From assembly GCF_963921235.1 (NCBI RefSeq), contig NC_086109.1, forward strand, positions 17,548,001 through 17,612,000: DNA of 64,000 nt. Reading direction: 5' to 3'. Source of the stretch: Mobula hypostoma. Its lineage: Eukaryota. Of the stretch, positions 37,081 through 51,000 are shown in pieces. A model generated the notes under the pieces. It had not been told where the DNA came from. It saw only the letters and a list, made by a program, of their open reading frames with translations, and did not search any database. The position numbers and the translations under genes are program-made. Position 1 is the first letter of the stretch. Every line of letters begins with the position of its first letter.

Positions 37081-38180
37081 TCATATCAACTTGTTGCAGA
37101 TCGCCACAGCTTTCTTATAGACCTCCGTCACATTATCGAGGTCGGTGAGGGAGAAGTTGCTGTCGGCCAAGTGGTCGGCGAAGCACTTCATCTTGCAAAG
37201 CCGCGGCCTGCAGTCCGACTCTGCTTCGTCCAGGTGGAGCAGATCATCGGCGGAGACACAGCTCCTCATCTGGCTCCGCTCTTGCCGGCTCTCGGGCAGG
37301 TCGAGCCTGTCGAAGGACTCCGAGGAGAGGATGCTGTCTTCGCTCACCGCACTCGACGGGTGGCTTCTGTTCGACGAGAGTCTGATGTCAGAAAAGGCCA
37401 GTTCGTTGAAGGACCCCAGACTCTTCAGGGTGGCGCTGCCCATCGCAGAGTCCGTGCTGCTGGAGGAGAACTTGCCATTCCGTTTGAGGATGCCTTTGCG
37501 CCGGGCAGAGGGGTCTTTGGCACTGTCGCATAAATCGCTGTGGGTTTCAGAAGTCACCGTCTCAAAGACAGGGTTGTCACAGTCCAACAAGTCCGCTGAC
37601 TCACTCTGCTCTGGTGAGGAATAATACCCAGACTCCCTCTTTGCCGGCTTCTTCAATATCCCTTTCTTTGGTGCAGGGACAGTTGGACTGTCCTGCTGCC
37701 TGCCCTGTTCTGTTGTGGACATGCTCGAGTCTAGGTGAGCAAATACGGTCTCCTCAGTGGAGTGGCTGACGTTGCCTGCGCTGTGCGATCGATGCTCGTG
37801 GGTGTTCCTTTTCTTTAGGATCCCTTTCGGCCTCTTCAGCAGCGACTTCCCTGTGCTTTCGGTAGCCCCCCCTTCCTGCAGCGAGTTGGAAATGTCATTC
37901 TCCTTCTTTGACTTCTTCAGCGACCTCTGCCGCTCCAGCGGCGAGCCATGCTGCTTGAAGAAGCAGCGCACTTTGGAGCCGCTCTCAAAGACGAAGCGAG
38001 ACGGCCGCTGCAACCAGTCCAGACTGATGGTGACGGACGACTCGTAGTCCCTTGCCGACTCCAGCTCGCAGACCTGGGTCTTGTAGCCCCAGTTGACCCA
38101 CCAGTGAGTGGCAACATCCTCAATGGTGGCACGGCGGTCTGGATTGACCATCAGTAGCCATCGGATCAGCCCACATGCAT
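37081..38180 (-). CDS. NUAK2: NUAK family SNF1-like kinase 2, last coding exon (exon 7)
   Basis: Acceptor ttttgcag|AT GCA TGT. Encodes DACGLIRWLLMVNPDRRAT..DWLQRPSR..CFFKQH..three GILK motifs..RESGYYSSPE..SEDSILSSESFD..FSLTD, ending at TGA 37081-37083. The C-terminal tail resembles NUAK2 rather than NUAK1. Confidence 0.93.
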
Positions 38181-38288
38181 CTGCAAAACAAATGAACAGC
38201 CAAAATGTACACCATTTGCAAATTTTCCACCAACCGCCGCCAAAACCTTGTACTTAAACTCAAAGCAAACTTATTATCCAAGTACATA

Positions 38289-38833
38289 CACTCACTGGCC
38301 AGTTTATTAGGTGCACCTGTGCATCAGCTCGTTAATGCAAATATTTCATCAGCCAATGGTGTAGCAGCAACTCCATGCACATAAGCATGCAGGCATGGTC
38401 AAGAGGTTCAGTTGCTGTTCAGACCAAATATCAGAATGGGGGTAAAAAAAAACAGCAGCCAAGTGACTTTGACCATAAAGAGGAAGGTTTAAGCATCTCA
38501 AAAACTGTGGATCTCCTGGGATTTTCAAGCACAACCGCCTCTACATTTTATAGAGAACAGTGGGAGAAACAACATCCAGTGAGATGCAGCTCTGTGGGTG
38601 AAAACGGCTTGTTAATGAGGGAGATTAATAGCCAGACTCGTTCAAGCTGATAGGAAGGCAACAGTAATTCAAAAAGAAAGCATATGTTGCAACAGTGGTG
38701 TACAGAAGGCCATCTCTGAACGCACATCCTGAGCCTCGAAGTGGATGGGCTACAGCAGCAGAAGACTGCAACGATATACTTAGTGGCCACATGATTAAGT
38801 ACAGGAAGTACCGAATAAAGCAGCCACTGAGTG
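38289..38833. mobile_element. Tc1-like non-autonomous element (same family as 12546-13083, opposite orientation)
   Basis: TA-CACTCACTGGCCAGTTTATTAGG ... aataaagcagccactgagtg. Confidence 0.75.
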
Positions 38834-39239
38834 GGTGTTACCATTTACTATCTTGAGATTCATTTAATATATAACACACCCAAGGCTTCTCCCTACAGGA
38901 AAATCAACTTGAATCATACAGTCAGAGAGTGAGGAGAGGAGAGCAAATGCTTGAGAAATTCGGGCATTAATGAACTATCTAATAGTTCCTGAGGGAGAGA
39001 AGGTCTGGTGGGGAATTTTGGAGGTTCAGCCCAGGACAGATGGAGGTAGCATTGCTGATGGCCAAGGGTTCTGTATGAGAGAGGCAGACTGGCTCTCTGG
39101 AGGTGGCAAGGCTGGAAGAGATAAGAACATCTGGTAAAAAGGGGGAAGCCTGGGAGCAGAGTGGTTAGCCCCATCGCTTGATCGCTGCAAATTTTGACAA
39201 CAGGTGGTCAAAACTGCCCCATGCATCACCAGAACCATC

Positions 39240-39675
39240 AAGGTTCTGAAACAGAAAGGTGCCAGAAAAGGGCCAGTAACATCATGAAGGATCTCACCTA
39301 CCCTGCTCACGTTTGTCCCACTCCCAGCAGGGAGGAGGCTACGTAGCGTCCACTCCAGGAGCAACAGACACAAGAAACAACTGCTTTCCCCGAGCAGCAA
39401 GGCTGATTAACACCTTCACCCACCAACTCAACCACGACTTTATTATTTCCTGTCAGTCACCTTATGTACAGTCTAGTGTAAATGTATGGGCACACAATCA
39501 ATCTATCTATATACAAGCTTTCTTGTGCATTTTTACAGTACTTATTGTAGATTTAAAATTGTGCTTTTTATCTTTGGTCTTCTACTTTTCTGCTGCATCG
39601 CATCTGGAGTAACAATTATTTTGTTCTCCGTTACACTTGTGTACAGGAAGTGACACTGAATCTTGAATCTTAATC
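39240..39675 (+). mobile_element. Rex1/Babar-like LINE 3' fragment
   Basis: RKGPVTS/KD..HP..PLPAGRRLRS..NNCFPRAARLIN-like remnant with a (TGAATCT)n tail. Similar pieces lie at about 17120-17470, 40260-40645, 55330-55700 and 62000-62440. Confidence 0.6.
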
Positions 39676-40793
39676 AATCTTGATTCCGCGCGCTCTCTGT
39701 AATGAGTTTGTATGTTCTCCCCAACACTGTGAGGGTTTCCTCCGGGCACTTCAGTTTTCTCCCACATTCCAATGATGCATGGGTCAGGACTAGCAAGTCG
39801 CGGACATGCAAAGGTGATGCCGGAAGATTGGCAATACTTCCGGGCTCCCCCAGAACATCCTTGCTGATTTGATTTGATGCAACTGTGCATTTCACTGCAC
39901 ATTTCCAAGAACATGTGATAAATTATGCTAATTTTATAACAGAGGTGGGGAGAAGATGATATGTCCAAGGGATTTGAATACAAAGACAACACTTGGTCAC
40001 TGGGTGATCAGGAGGCAGGGTGGGTTACTGGGCAGTGAGTGCCAGCAGCCACAATTGTGGAAAGCGATCTGGACTTGGGAAAACAATAACATAACAGTGA
40101 ACAATAGTTCAACCATGCACCATAATCAGCTAACCATTCAGTTGGAAACTTCAACCCTTGGTAAAATGCCAAGTCACATGCATCAGGATGGTGCAAGGTT
40201 CAAACCCTGCCTTGGGCACAGTTGCTGATATTAGACGGGCAGCAACCCCCATGGGGCTTTCTTCTGCCTTAACCTTCTACTATCAGGAACTACAGGAGCC
40301 TTGGGTACCATACCACCAGATTCAGAAATAGTTATTACCCCCTCAGCCACAGGCTCCTGAACAAGAGGGGATAACCTCACTCACCCCATCACTGAATTGA
40401 TTCCACAACCTATGGACTCATTTTCAAGGATTTCACAACTCATGTTCTCAATATTAATCCCCCCGCTTTTTTTTTTGTACTGGCACGATTTGTTGTCTTT
40501 TTCACATTGGTTGTTTGTCCGCCTTTGTGTGCGCAGTTTTTCATTGATTCTATTGTGTTTCTTTGTAATTATTGTGAACGCCTTCAAGCAAATGAATCTT
40601 AATGTAAAATGTGTACTTTGATAATGAATTTATTTTGAACTTTGAACAGAAGTTAAGGAATTCAATAAGCCTCCAATGTGAGTAACAATTCCTGCCTAGA
40701 TTATGTTTCCAATACCATCTTAGCAACTGCAGCATTTCATTAGTTACATCGAAATTTAGGCCAGTTACGAGGAGAACGTGCGACTTAGTTTAC

Positions 40794-40926
40794 CTGATGG
40801 TTTGGTTGGCTCACGGTATTCGCCATTAGTTATCTGTTTGACCAGGTTTTTGTAATCATGTCCATCAAAAGGCATGGTACCATGGACCAAGGTATATAGC
40901 AGTACACCCAAGGACCAGCTGTCAAC
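40794..40926 (-). CDS. NUAK2: NUAK2 exon 6 (kinase subdomains IX-X)
   Basis: 133 bp, AG/GT bounded. Encodes [44 protein letters not shown] plus 1 nt, in phase with exon 7. Confidence 0.95.
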
Positions 40927-41484
40927 CTGTCAAGAACAGCAGAATTATTGTTAATATGGAAACCAGTGCAAGTTGGTGGACAATGAATGAAACCAATCCA
41001 AGGAGGGAAGAGCTAGACTGATCTTCGTGCAGGTTAAAAGGTCGACATAACATTATGGGCCCAAAGGTTTATATACAATTCCCCTCAAAAGCTTGGCACA
41101 ATCACTGAACAGCTCTGTAGCCCCAGTGTGAGCCCCTCTAAACAAATTATTGCCCAATAGACAGTAGCAATCTTCAATATAAACCATGCACAGGGAGTCG
41201 GTGTCACTTTGCCTGTACCAGCAAGTGTTATAATTGTTGTATCAAGCCGGATTAATGGAATGGGGTTGCTTAAAACTAACTGGGTAAAATGTCAACTTTC
41301 ATTTGATAATGGAAAGGCCCATGGTTTAGGCGCCAACAATCTATTATTTGATCCAATATATTGATACACATTCAACCAAGTTTCCCCTTTATATAATATG
41401 AATTTATTCCAACCCCAGGTAAGCTTACATAAAATTTCTGATACACACAAGCTATTTCTCTCAACAAAATCTATACCAATGATT

Positions 41485-41690
41485 AACACAAGAGATTCTG
41501 CTGCAAGCCTAGAGTAACACACAGAAATTGCTGGAGGAACTCAGCAGGTCAGGCAGCTGCTATGGAGAGTTAATGTTTCGGGCCGAGATTCCTGATGATA
41601 GGTCTTGGCCTGAAACGTTGACTGTGTATTCCTCTCCATAGATGCTGCCTGACCTGCTGCGTTCCTCCAACATTTTGTGTGAGTTACTCC
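41485..41690. mobile_element. Fold-back PLE-derived element with 10-bp TSD
   Basis: Inverted arms meet at a hammerhead motif (CTGATGA T AGG TCTTGG CCT GAAAC GTT, 41592-41619). ATACCAATGA at 41473-41482 and 41691-41700. Confidence 0.8.
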
Positions 41691-41904
41691 ATACCAATGA
41701 CTGTCCTTCACATAGCCCTCCACCTATTTTATCTCATCTCAGCCTGTGACTGTATCTTGTCATTTTTGTTACTTATTCACCTTGCCTTTGAATTTCACCT
41801 TGGCTCTTTGGTAGTAAAGTCTACATCCCAATCAGTCATTGGGCTGAATTTTCTCTAGGCTTCCTTATTGAGATTATTTGTGAGTCTTAAGTTAATAACA
41901 CAAT

Positions 41905-42062
41905 CAAAAACAGAAAATGATGGAAATACTCGAGCCACGCATCAAATGTGGATAATGAGATAGAGTTAAAGTTTCAATAGAAAGACCTGTTAAAATGTTA
42001 ACTGTTTCTCTCACCACAGTTGGTTTCTGACCTGCCGAGCATTTCCACCATTTTCTGTTTTC
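41905..42062. mobile_element. Older palindromic element related to PLE arms
   Basis: aaaacagaaaatgatggaaatactc ... gagcatttccaccattttctgtttt form inverted ends. Confidence 0.55.
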
Positions 42063-42313
42063 ACAATTACAATACTTAAAATAACATTTGGAAAGGTTCA
42101 TGGATAGGAAATATTTGGAGGGACCCAGGTCAAATGCAGGAAAATGGTACTAGCTCAGGAATTCACTTCCGTCGCCATCAACCAGTTGGGCTGAAGACTG
42201 TTTCCCTGCTGTATAAATTCATTTTCCATTTTTATCTTCGACTCCCAACATGCACACATTTTATTCAAAAGGCTGACTGGCCCCCTTCTGTGCTACAACT
42301 ATTCTTTGATTTA

Positions 42314-42493
<180 letters not shown>

Positions 42494-43151
42494 TTAGTAA
42501 TCCCATCATGGTTAAGTTCCCATTAGTTCACCTCTTTCAATTCTTAATCAAATTGAAAATTCAAAAGACAACTCTGTGTAGACTGTAAGTAACATGTAGG
42601 TGTATACAGGGTTACTAAAGGACATCAAACAGTGCAGTTACAGCATGTTTACTTAGGAGGAGGTTTATGTGCTTGGATCAGATGAAGCCAAGGGGAACTG
42701 ACAGATGGTGCGTGTGTAATTGCATGTTTTATATATCAGTGCAAGTGAAAGTAGGAGAGGCTAGATCCTGGTCTGGACTCCACAGGGTCCCAAAGGATCT
42801 TTCTGGCCTAGTTTCCAACACACCAGTCAGGCACACGGCCAAGAACAATTCTGTTTCACTTTCCTACTTTCTGAAAAAAAAAGGGGCTATGACTGTTTTC
42901 ATTGGACGAACTGGAGTAGAGGGAGAGCTGGTCCTTATTGCGTCACCCATTTCCACCACCAATTATACCCACCCTAATGATCACACCTTGCTGGGAATTC
43001 TAGAAAGCTAAGGTCAGAAGGTCATGTTCCTGCTGGAGGGCAGCAGAAGCCATGCCAGGTTCTACCCTGGTCATAGCACGGAAAGAGGCTCTTTGGCTCA
43101 TGCCAATGAGATAGTCTCAACTGCTTGCATTTAGCCAATATCCTTCTAGGC

Positions 43152-43233
43152 CACAGGTTCCCAACCTGTGGTCCACGGACCTCTTGCTTAATAGTATTGG
43201 TCCATGGAACAAAAAAAAGGATAGGAACCCCTG
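43152..43233. mobile_element. 82-bp hAT (Charlie-type) MITE
   Basis: Ends cacaggttcccaacct / aggataggaacccctg. The 8-bp flanks ttctaggc and ctctaagc match at 6/8 and resemble an NTCTAGAN target. Confidence 0.6.
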
Positions 43234-46200
43234 CTCTAAGCCTTTCCTGTCTGCGTACCTCTCAAAGTACCTTTTAAATGTTGTCAATGTACCCATCTCC
43301 ACCACTTCCTCTGGCAGCTCATTCCATATACTGATTATCCCCTCGGTAAAATGCTGCCCACCTGCGCCCCCCCCCCCAGGACTTCCTACACTTCACTAAG
43401 GGCTCACAACCATTCTTAAGCATCACAAATCACCAAAGGACCTTGGAGTTGGATTCACATGATACTTTGGCACAATATCTGTTAGGTAAACATCACATAT
43501 TCAAACAGATGAAAGTCCCTCTAAGTTGGTGCCTTATAAAGGGACTTAGGCACAGGAATTACCCCGTGAACATAGACACCAGCTAGTCTGCCTGTTCCTG
43601 CAGTGTCCTCAGATTTAATTTATTTTATATTTCAAGCCACATTAAAAATTAACTAGTAAATTAAGTAGTAGATTGGACTTTGAGCAAAGATCACGGCCTC
43701 GAGATTAGAGAAACAAAATACAAATAACTTTGGAGTGTGCGTAGGTCAAGATGTCAAAAGCGTCAAAAAAAAATTACAGCTAACACAAATACTAGTTCCG
43801 CTATGGGGAGTTCCACTGGAAGAGCAAACGTACATAAGAACACACGAAACATTCAGCAGCTCGTGCCTCCTTCGTCATTCACTGATCCTGTACTATAACA
43901 GTTTTACTAATTCCTTAGCATTCTAAAATATATCACTCTGTTTCTTGAATGTACCCCAGTGACCAAGCCTCCGTAGCCCTCTTGGGAAGATTCACTTGGC
44001 CTCTGGGTGAAGAAATTTCTTCTCAAACTAGTGTTGAAAGGCTAACCCCATTTTTAAAAAAACTGAGAACACGTCTCTCTGTTCTAAATACCACAGTCGG
44101 GGGGGGAACAACATACCAGCAACTACCCTTGTTAAGCCCTGTGAAAAGTAATGGCTCAGTGTGATTATTCTCCCGAGTCCAGAAGAATTAGTAATAAAAG
44201 TCTAGTCTACTTAATAACCCATACCTGGAAACCATTTGGTGCATCTTCATTTTGTTTTCTTAGAAATATATCCTTTGCTAAATAGGGAAGCAGGCTGGAC
44301 TGTACACCATATTCCATTTGTAGTCCCACTGGAGTTTACACAACTCCAACAAGACACAAACCTTCATAGTTTTCCCTTTTAATGCTTGTTATAGTTACTT
44401 GTAACATTCATTGTGCACAAGGACAGGAAGGTCCTGGTGTTGGAAACCAACACCATTCAACATCCCACCATTTAAAGAATATTCTGTTTCACTACTTTTC
44501 TCCTCCCTAAAGAAGATATTCCCACATAACATTCAAGCTGCCATGTCCATTTAAGAGACCTGCAGATACAGACATTTATTTCCAAACACACAGAATAGAT
44601 CCTTCGCAAAAAGAAAGTAAATCCTAGGAGAGACCCAGTGCTCATTGTTAAAAATTGTAGCATCACCCTCAAAAGACAGGTAGCATGTCAGAAGACAGAA
44701 GAGACTATACAGACAAAAGAAACAAGCAATTAAAAGATTAACAAAGTATGAAAATTCAGCAGTAGAAGATAAAGCTAGCCAGAAGATCACATGAGTTTCA
44801 GCAGACAACTGAAAAGGACAGACCGCGAATTGGTCTGATCAAACGCAAATCTGGGAAATCCATAATAGAAAATAAGGATATGGGAGATGAATTTTTACAT
44901 CAATCTTCACTACAAGTAACCACAAGACCATAAGACATAGGAACCTAATTCGCCAATTCTTTTAATTTCCTGTAATTCTCATGGACAATTCCAGTGGTGG
45001 ACCTTGGAAACTGATGCCGTGACCTCAAATTTTTTTCAATTATATAGTTTGGTTCATTGAGTCTGCTTCGCCATTCTATCATAGCTGATTTATTATTCCT
45101 CGTAGCCTCATTCTCCCTCCTTCTCCCCGTAACCTGACTCTTACTAGTCAAGAACCGATCAACCTTCGCTTTAAATACATCCAATGAATTGGCCTCCACA
45201 GCTGTCTGTGGCAATGAATTCCACAGATTCACCACCCTCTGGCTAAGGAAATACTTGGCAACAGAAATGAGGCATTCCAGAAAGAGTTCTAAGATCAGGA
45301 TAATTATCAGGAAGGACTTTATTCTGGGATCTTAACATCAACACATAAATTTTAGCCAACTCTTAATTTTGCAGAATTCCCTAATTCTTGGACAATTCCA
45401 ATGGTGGGCCTTGGAAACTGATACTGGGACAAAAGAGAGAGAGAGCAACAAAAAAGGTATTGGGAGAGAAGGTGGGGGCAGGGAGGGGAACAAATTCACA
45501 CATAGAAACCACAAGCCAATGGCTATAAAAGAAACCTGGAAGTCTCAGCTTTTGGGAGAGAATTTGGGTGGTCTTTAACAATAAGTAGCCACTGATAACA
45601 AGCAGTTGCGACCACAGTTTGAGCTCCAACTAGGCAGAGGCTGAGTGTAGGTGGTCTTTAACGAAAAACCTGTACACAGGATGATTTAGTTGTTTGGAGG
45701 GGGTGGTGAACAGAGGAAGTGAGATTGCCACTACACTGAAGAGACTTGAGAAAAAGGAATGATGGCCGATTTTGTCAGTATCAGTTGCTAGGCGACACTG
45801 TGTCTGTTACAATGACCCTTTATGGATCCCATCACAAAACAATCTCATTAGAGGTTTGAAAGTGACGTGAGGATTCTGCAGTTACTATTTTAGCCAGTTT
45901 TAGCCTAGTGAATGGAATTTATTGAACAATAGAGTGCTGTATCATTGAAGAGATAGAGTAAAAGAGTGATATAGATCAGTATCCTGCTCATGGAAACCTT
46001 GTTCACTCCCTCCCCAAACTAAAGTTATACATCATGGATAGCAATCCCCTTCTAGGTTGATTTCTTGAAATTCTTACTAATACAATTAAAAGTACAATAT
46101 TCAGATACAAATTACTTTGCTCTACCCTGTAAACACTTTAAAACACTGCTTATGATGTTCTTTACATTGTAAATACATGCTAGTATTTATGTACTTTTTA

Positions 46201-46442
46201 TTCCATATCGGAACTAACTTTATTTTTATAAAATTCTTTATTCTGCATAATTGTTGAACGTTGTCATTTGTTTGTTGCACGTAGCACGAACTCATCACAG
46301 AAATTCCTAATACATGTAAATGTACAAGGCAAATAAAGTTGATCATTGATCCTCTGTGTATAAAGTCACAGATATACAATTCCTTTATCTTGTAAATGTT
46401 CATCGTAACATACAGAAGTGTGATGAAGTATGTGCTTCTCAC

Positions 46443-46508
46443 CTTGACGTTGCCAGTAGCATCCAACAGGATGTTCTCCAACTTCAGATCCCGATGCACA
46501 ATTCCGTT
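46443..46508 (-). CDS. NUAK2: NUAK2 exon 4 (catalytic loop)
   Basis: 66 bp, AG/GT bounded. Encodes [22 protein letters not shown]. Confidence 0.96.
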
Positions 46509-46599
46509 CTGAAAGAGAGGAAGTCAGGACGAGTCCATGAATTCTCAGCTAAACTCCAAAAAGTTCTTGACGCATCTCTGCAATAATATGGACTTTAGA

Positions 46600-46890
46600 A
46601 AGATTAGCTTTGTTTGTCACATGGACATCGAAGCATATGGTGAAGTGTATCATTTTGCGTCAAGGGCAGGATTGTTCGGGAGGCTTCCTGCAAGTGTTGC
46701 CATGCTTCCGGTCCCAAAGTAGCATGCCCACAAGTCACTGACCCTAACCTGCACATCTTTGGAATGTGGGAGGAAACCTGAGCACCTGTAGGAAACCATG
46801 CGGTCACAGGGAGAATGTACAAACTCCTTTCAGACAGCGGTGGAATCGAACCCTGATCGCTGATGCCGTGAAGCGATTGTGCTAACCGCT
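46600..46890 (-). mobile_element. V-SINE/HE1-like SINE
   Basis: Reverse complement of the 197-500 family (tgtgggaggaaacc..gagcacc..ggaaacc..acagggagaatgtacaaactcc). Confidence 0.7.
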
Positions 46891-46891
46891 C

Positions 46892-47030
46892 AGCAGTTCA
46901 GGCAGCATCTGTGGAGAGGGATAAACAGTCCGACCCCTATTCCTCCCCATAGATGCTGCCTGACCTGCTGAATCCCTCCAGTATCTTGTCTGTGTTACTC
47001 TGGGTTTCCAACATCTGCAGAATCTCTTGT
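46892..47030. mobile_element. Short fold-back PLE-derived element
   Basis: caggcagcatctgtggagagggg is inverted against cctccccatagatgctgcctg. AGC(A/T)GTTCAG at 46892-46901 and 47031-47040. Confidence 0.65.
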
Positions 47031-47944
47031 AGCTGTTCAGTATACACATAGATTGTCAGCTCTCTCTCGCTCTCTCTCTGCTGGGGGCCAGGAGCAGTTC
47101 TAATTTGAGACGGGCTCCAAGCCCCTGCAGAGACAGAAATAACTTCATTGTCCGATTGTTCACACTATTTTAATTGGCTTGTGCACTCTCCATGGTGCTC
47201 AGCTCACCGACTCGAGGCAGCCGGCTAAACTGGAGCAGACAGGCACGAAGGCCTGGACCTCCCCCAGAGTCCAGGATATCTATGGGCAGACCCGGGGGAG
47301 GGCCTCAGTAGCCCTGTTGGAGGAGATCCAGCCACAGAGCTGGCATCCTTCCCAGCTGCAGTCCGAGTGCAAAAGTTTCAGCACTGTACAGGCTCGCCTT
47401 CCAGCACGTTGTAGTGACCCTCCCACCCACAGTGTTCTTCCCCTTACACCTGAAGACACCACTGACATGCTGGACTACAGTTTTACATTATAAAGTCTCC
47501 TCCCAGTACAAGATGCCAAAATCACTAGGGGAAAAACTCCAGAAGGGAAAAGCAGCGAAGCCTAATTCCTGTCTCCCTGGCGATTTCAAAGCTTCAGATT
47601 CATTCTGGAGCCTCTAGGAATTTATGGCCTAGATAATACACTACTTCTTCAAACCTTTGCGGATGGTTAACAATTTGTTTAAAATGCTTAACATTCATTA
47701 CTTCTCCATTTTTAGTTGGAAATTCTGGGATCTTGATGCAGCAAAACAAGGGCATAGTTCCCCACCCTCCAAAAAGACCATATGGGTGATTGTCACTGTC
47801 TTCAGGAAACACTCCCAGCCAGGACTGACACTTCCAGTGTCATCATGCAATGATAAATTCCACAATAGGTCTCAATCCAACAGAACAGTGGGAAGGGATA
47901 CAGGATAGGTTCAGAGTATTAGAATTTCAGAAACAGCATGGAAA

Positions 47945-48044
47945 CAGTCCTGACGAAGGGTCTCAGCTCAAAACATCGACTGTTTATTCATTTCCGTAGA
48001 TACTGCCTGACCCGCTGATCTCCAGCATTTTGTGTGTGTTGCTT
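47945..48044 (+). mobile_element. Solo PLE arm beginning at a decayed hammerhead motif
   Basis: CAGTC CTGACGA AGGGTCTCAGCTC AAAAC ATC GACTG (GAAA box mutated). Flanks tggaaacagtc / tggaaatagcc. Confidence 0.7.
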
Positions 48045-51000
48045 TGGAAATAGCCTCTTTAGCCCATCTAATCTATACCAGCCAGCAAGCAATCAACTAA
48101 CCATTCCACACACCGCATCCCATTTTATTCTCCCCACATTGCCATCAACTCCAGCAACAGAGGAGGGACGACCAACCCACAGGCCTTTAGGATGCAGCAC
48201 GGTGAGAAGGTGCAGATTCCACACAGACAGGACCGGGAGTCAGGATTGCTCTCTGGTCACTGGAGTTGAGAATCAGCAACTCTACCAGGTGCGTCACAGT
48301 GCTGCACTTCATTCAATTAGACGTCTCCCTAACCTAGTACCAAAGTGCCGAGAGCAACTACAGTTCTTTTTGCCAATGCTCCAACTCAGGCGGACAATTA
48401 AACTCACACTCCACATAGGTTAGTGTTCTGCCTAGTGGTATTTTTAAGTCACTGGATTAAAAGAGTCGTACTGAGCCATTTCATTCCTCGATGAATCAGC
48501 AACTTGTATTTTATAGGCAGCCTAATTAGTGTTGGGACTTGGACTCAAAACATACACTAGTCCCAAATCCCAAACAATTGCCCATTAAGATTGTAAGTTC
48601 CCAGTGAATGAAAGGAGGAATGTTTAGTCAATACCCCGAAGGTCTCATTCCCTGAGCCTAGTCTAAAGGGAACCATGTCTTTTATGTGGAGGGCACATGG
48701 GAGGCACAAGAGAATGACCTTTCACCTCCAGCATGCTTTCCTCCACCTCTTCAACACTCCCCTCCCCAGCTTTCTCTCAACCTGTAGTCAACAATGTGTC
48801 TGTGAACTAGGCTCAGTTGGGAACAGGCTTCATAAGATCCCAGTGTGACAATGCCTTTTGTATTTCCCCAATAAAAAAGTGCCACAATGCCAGGATGCTG
48901 CATACCAAGCATGCTCCTTCTTACCTCTCTTCTTTACCTCCTACTCTTCCCCCCCCACCCTTGCACTTTCCATTTCATCATCTCCCTTTCCACCCTATTC
49001 TGGCCCCCTCCATCTCCTGTCCCATTCCATCTGTCTCATGCCCCCCCTTCCATCTCAATCCACCCCCTCCGTTCCACCCCTCCCATCCAATTCCACTTAC
49101 CTTCTCCCTCCTTCATCCCCTTCTTTCTCCTCTCCTTCTGGAACACACCCGCGCCCCCCCCCCCCCAACATGCCATTCTCTCGTTTTTAAATCGGCTCAG
49201 CCAGTGTAAATTTAAAACAATACAAACTACCTACCCCATGTGTCTCCCCAGTGTAACTTCTGTGGAGGACATTGGTTTCCTGTGTGTTTGGACTACAACT
49301 AATAAGAAATGATTGTCTGTTTTGAGCTCGATGAGTTAGGTTCCCGACATCTGCAGCAATTTGTTATTTGTATCTTAAGGTGCTTGGGTAAGCTTTCTGT
49401 GTGAATAATGCTACAGGACACAAGAGAGGACCTGATGTGGGCTGTAGTGGACTGTGACATTGTAGGCTGAAGGGCCTTCATTGTGCTGTCGCGTTCCACG
49501 TAGTGGGCTACTGGGGGAGAACGGAACACCGTTTTTATGTCTTTCACTTCTCTCAAAAGAAATACACGTTACCTTTACTTACAGTGCTCGCAGACAGGGC
49601 AGATGCACAGTGCCTGTGATTAGTTATAGGTGATTTGGCCTTTTATCTTTTTGAAGCCAAGGAGAACAAGGCTATGTCCAGGTCATGGTAACATTTCAAT
49701 TACTGGTGTCAAGGTAAATATTGTGTTCTCTGTACCAGAGAGCAACATGGAATTAAAAAAAATTATTTAGAGATACAACACGGTAATAGCCCTTCTGCCC
49801 AATTACACCTATGTGACCAATTAATTGACTAACCTGTACATCTTTGGAATTTTGGAATGGTGGGGGGGGGGCACCCCACACAGACACAAGGGGGGAATTA
49901 TACAAACTCCTTAAAGACGGTGGCACAAATGCACCGGGGTTGCTGGTGCTGTAACAGCACTATGCTAACCGTTATATTACCGAGCCTCCCAGAGAGGAGG
50001 TGCAAACAAGGAGGCCTTTCAACTCCTCAAGCCTCTTTCACTATTTACTTACATTATTTACTTACGGTGCAGAGTAGGCCCTTCGAGTCGCGCCGCCCAG
50101 TAATCCCCCAGTTTAAACCTGGCCCAAATCACGGGGCAATTTACAATGACCAACTAACTTACCAACCAGCATGACTTTGGACTGTGGGCGGTAACTCACA
50201 CTGTCACAGGGCGAGCGTACAAGCTCCTTACAGACAGTGGCGGGATTGAACCCGGGGCGCCTGTACTGTAAAGCATTGTGCTAACCACTACACCCCAGAC
50301 CTGATCTGTACCTCTGGCTGATATACTAACGTGCAAGCTGAATGCAAGGGTATGGGTTGCAGTGTGAAAAGCTAATTCCCAACATAGCCTACTCTGGAAG
50401 GAGAATTCTTGATTACTTTTTTAAAAAACTATCCAGTGCAAAAGTATCTTCCCTCCTTAACAACCTGATCCTTGGATATGTTGCCAAGTTCCTAATTCCC
50501 AAGAAGGGGAAATGGTTTCCCTGCATCTACCCTACCAAGTTCTATTAACATCTTAAATCACCTTCAAGAGATCACCTGTCAATCTCCTCCTCCCACGTGA
50601 ATACGAGTCAAGTTTATGCAACCTATTCAGCCTGGGTGGGCTATGGGGGTGGGGGGTGGGGGGGGGCGGAAATGGAGGGAGCAGGGCGTTGCACTGGGAA
50701 ATCTGCTAAGGGCCCTGTTCCTAATCACGACACAGTCACCTTTGCAGGGGAAATGCATGGTGAAAGGGGATGGTGGGAGTCTCAGGCGAGATGGTTCTTC
50801 AGCTTTCAAAAATCCTGCCAACACAAACTGTGAGTCTCACACACAAGGAGGAAATCCAGACTGGACCACACCTGATACAGGAGGGAGAAAATACTGTAAT
50901 GTTTTTTAATTATAAGTAAAAATATTTCTTGATCTCGGATATTCTCAGCTCAGGTTTCAATCGGAACAAAAAAGAAAAATTCGGCTCTCCCACGCATTCC

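Noticed and set aside
37051..38157. Plus-strand ORFs of 160, 159, 96 and 69 aa
   Set aside because: Antisense shadows of the GC-rich NUAK2 last exon.
46122..46442. Extension of the [11 protein letters not shown] to 125 aa
   Set aside because: Read-through into the intron past the GT donor at 46441-46442. The sequence is a LINE tail.
47945..47982. Active hammerhead ribozyme
   Set aside because: The GAAA box is mutated to AAAA and stem III ACGT to ACAT (CpG decay). The copies near 1010 and 30670 are similarly decayed.
48817..49312. Proline-rich ORFs in three frames
   Set aside because: A low-complexity pyrimidine tract that lacks stops for compositional reasons.
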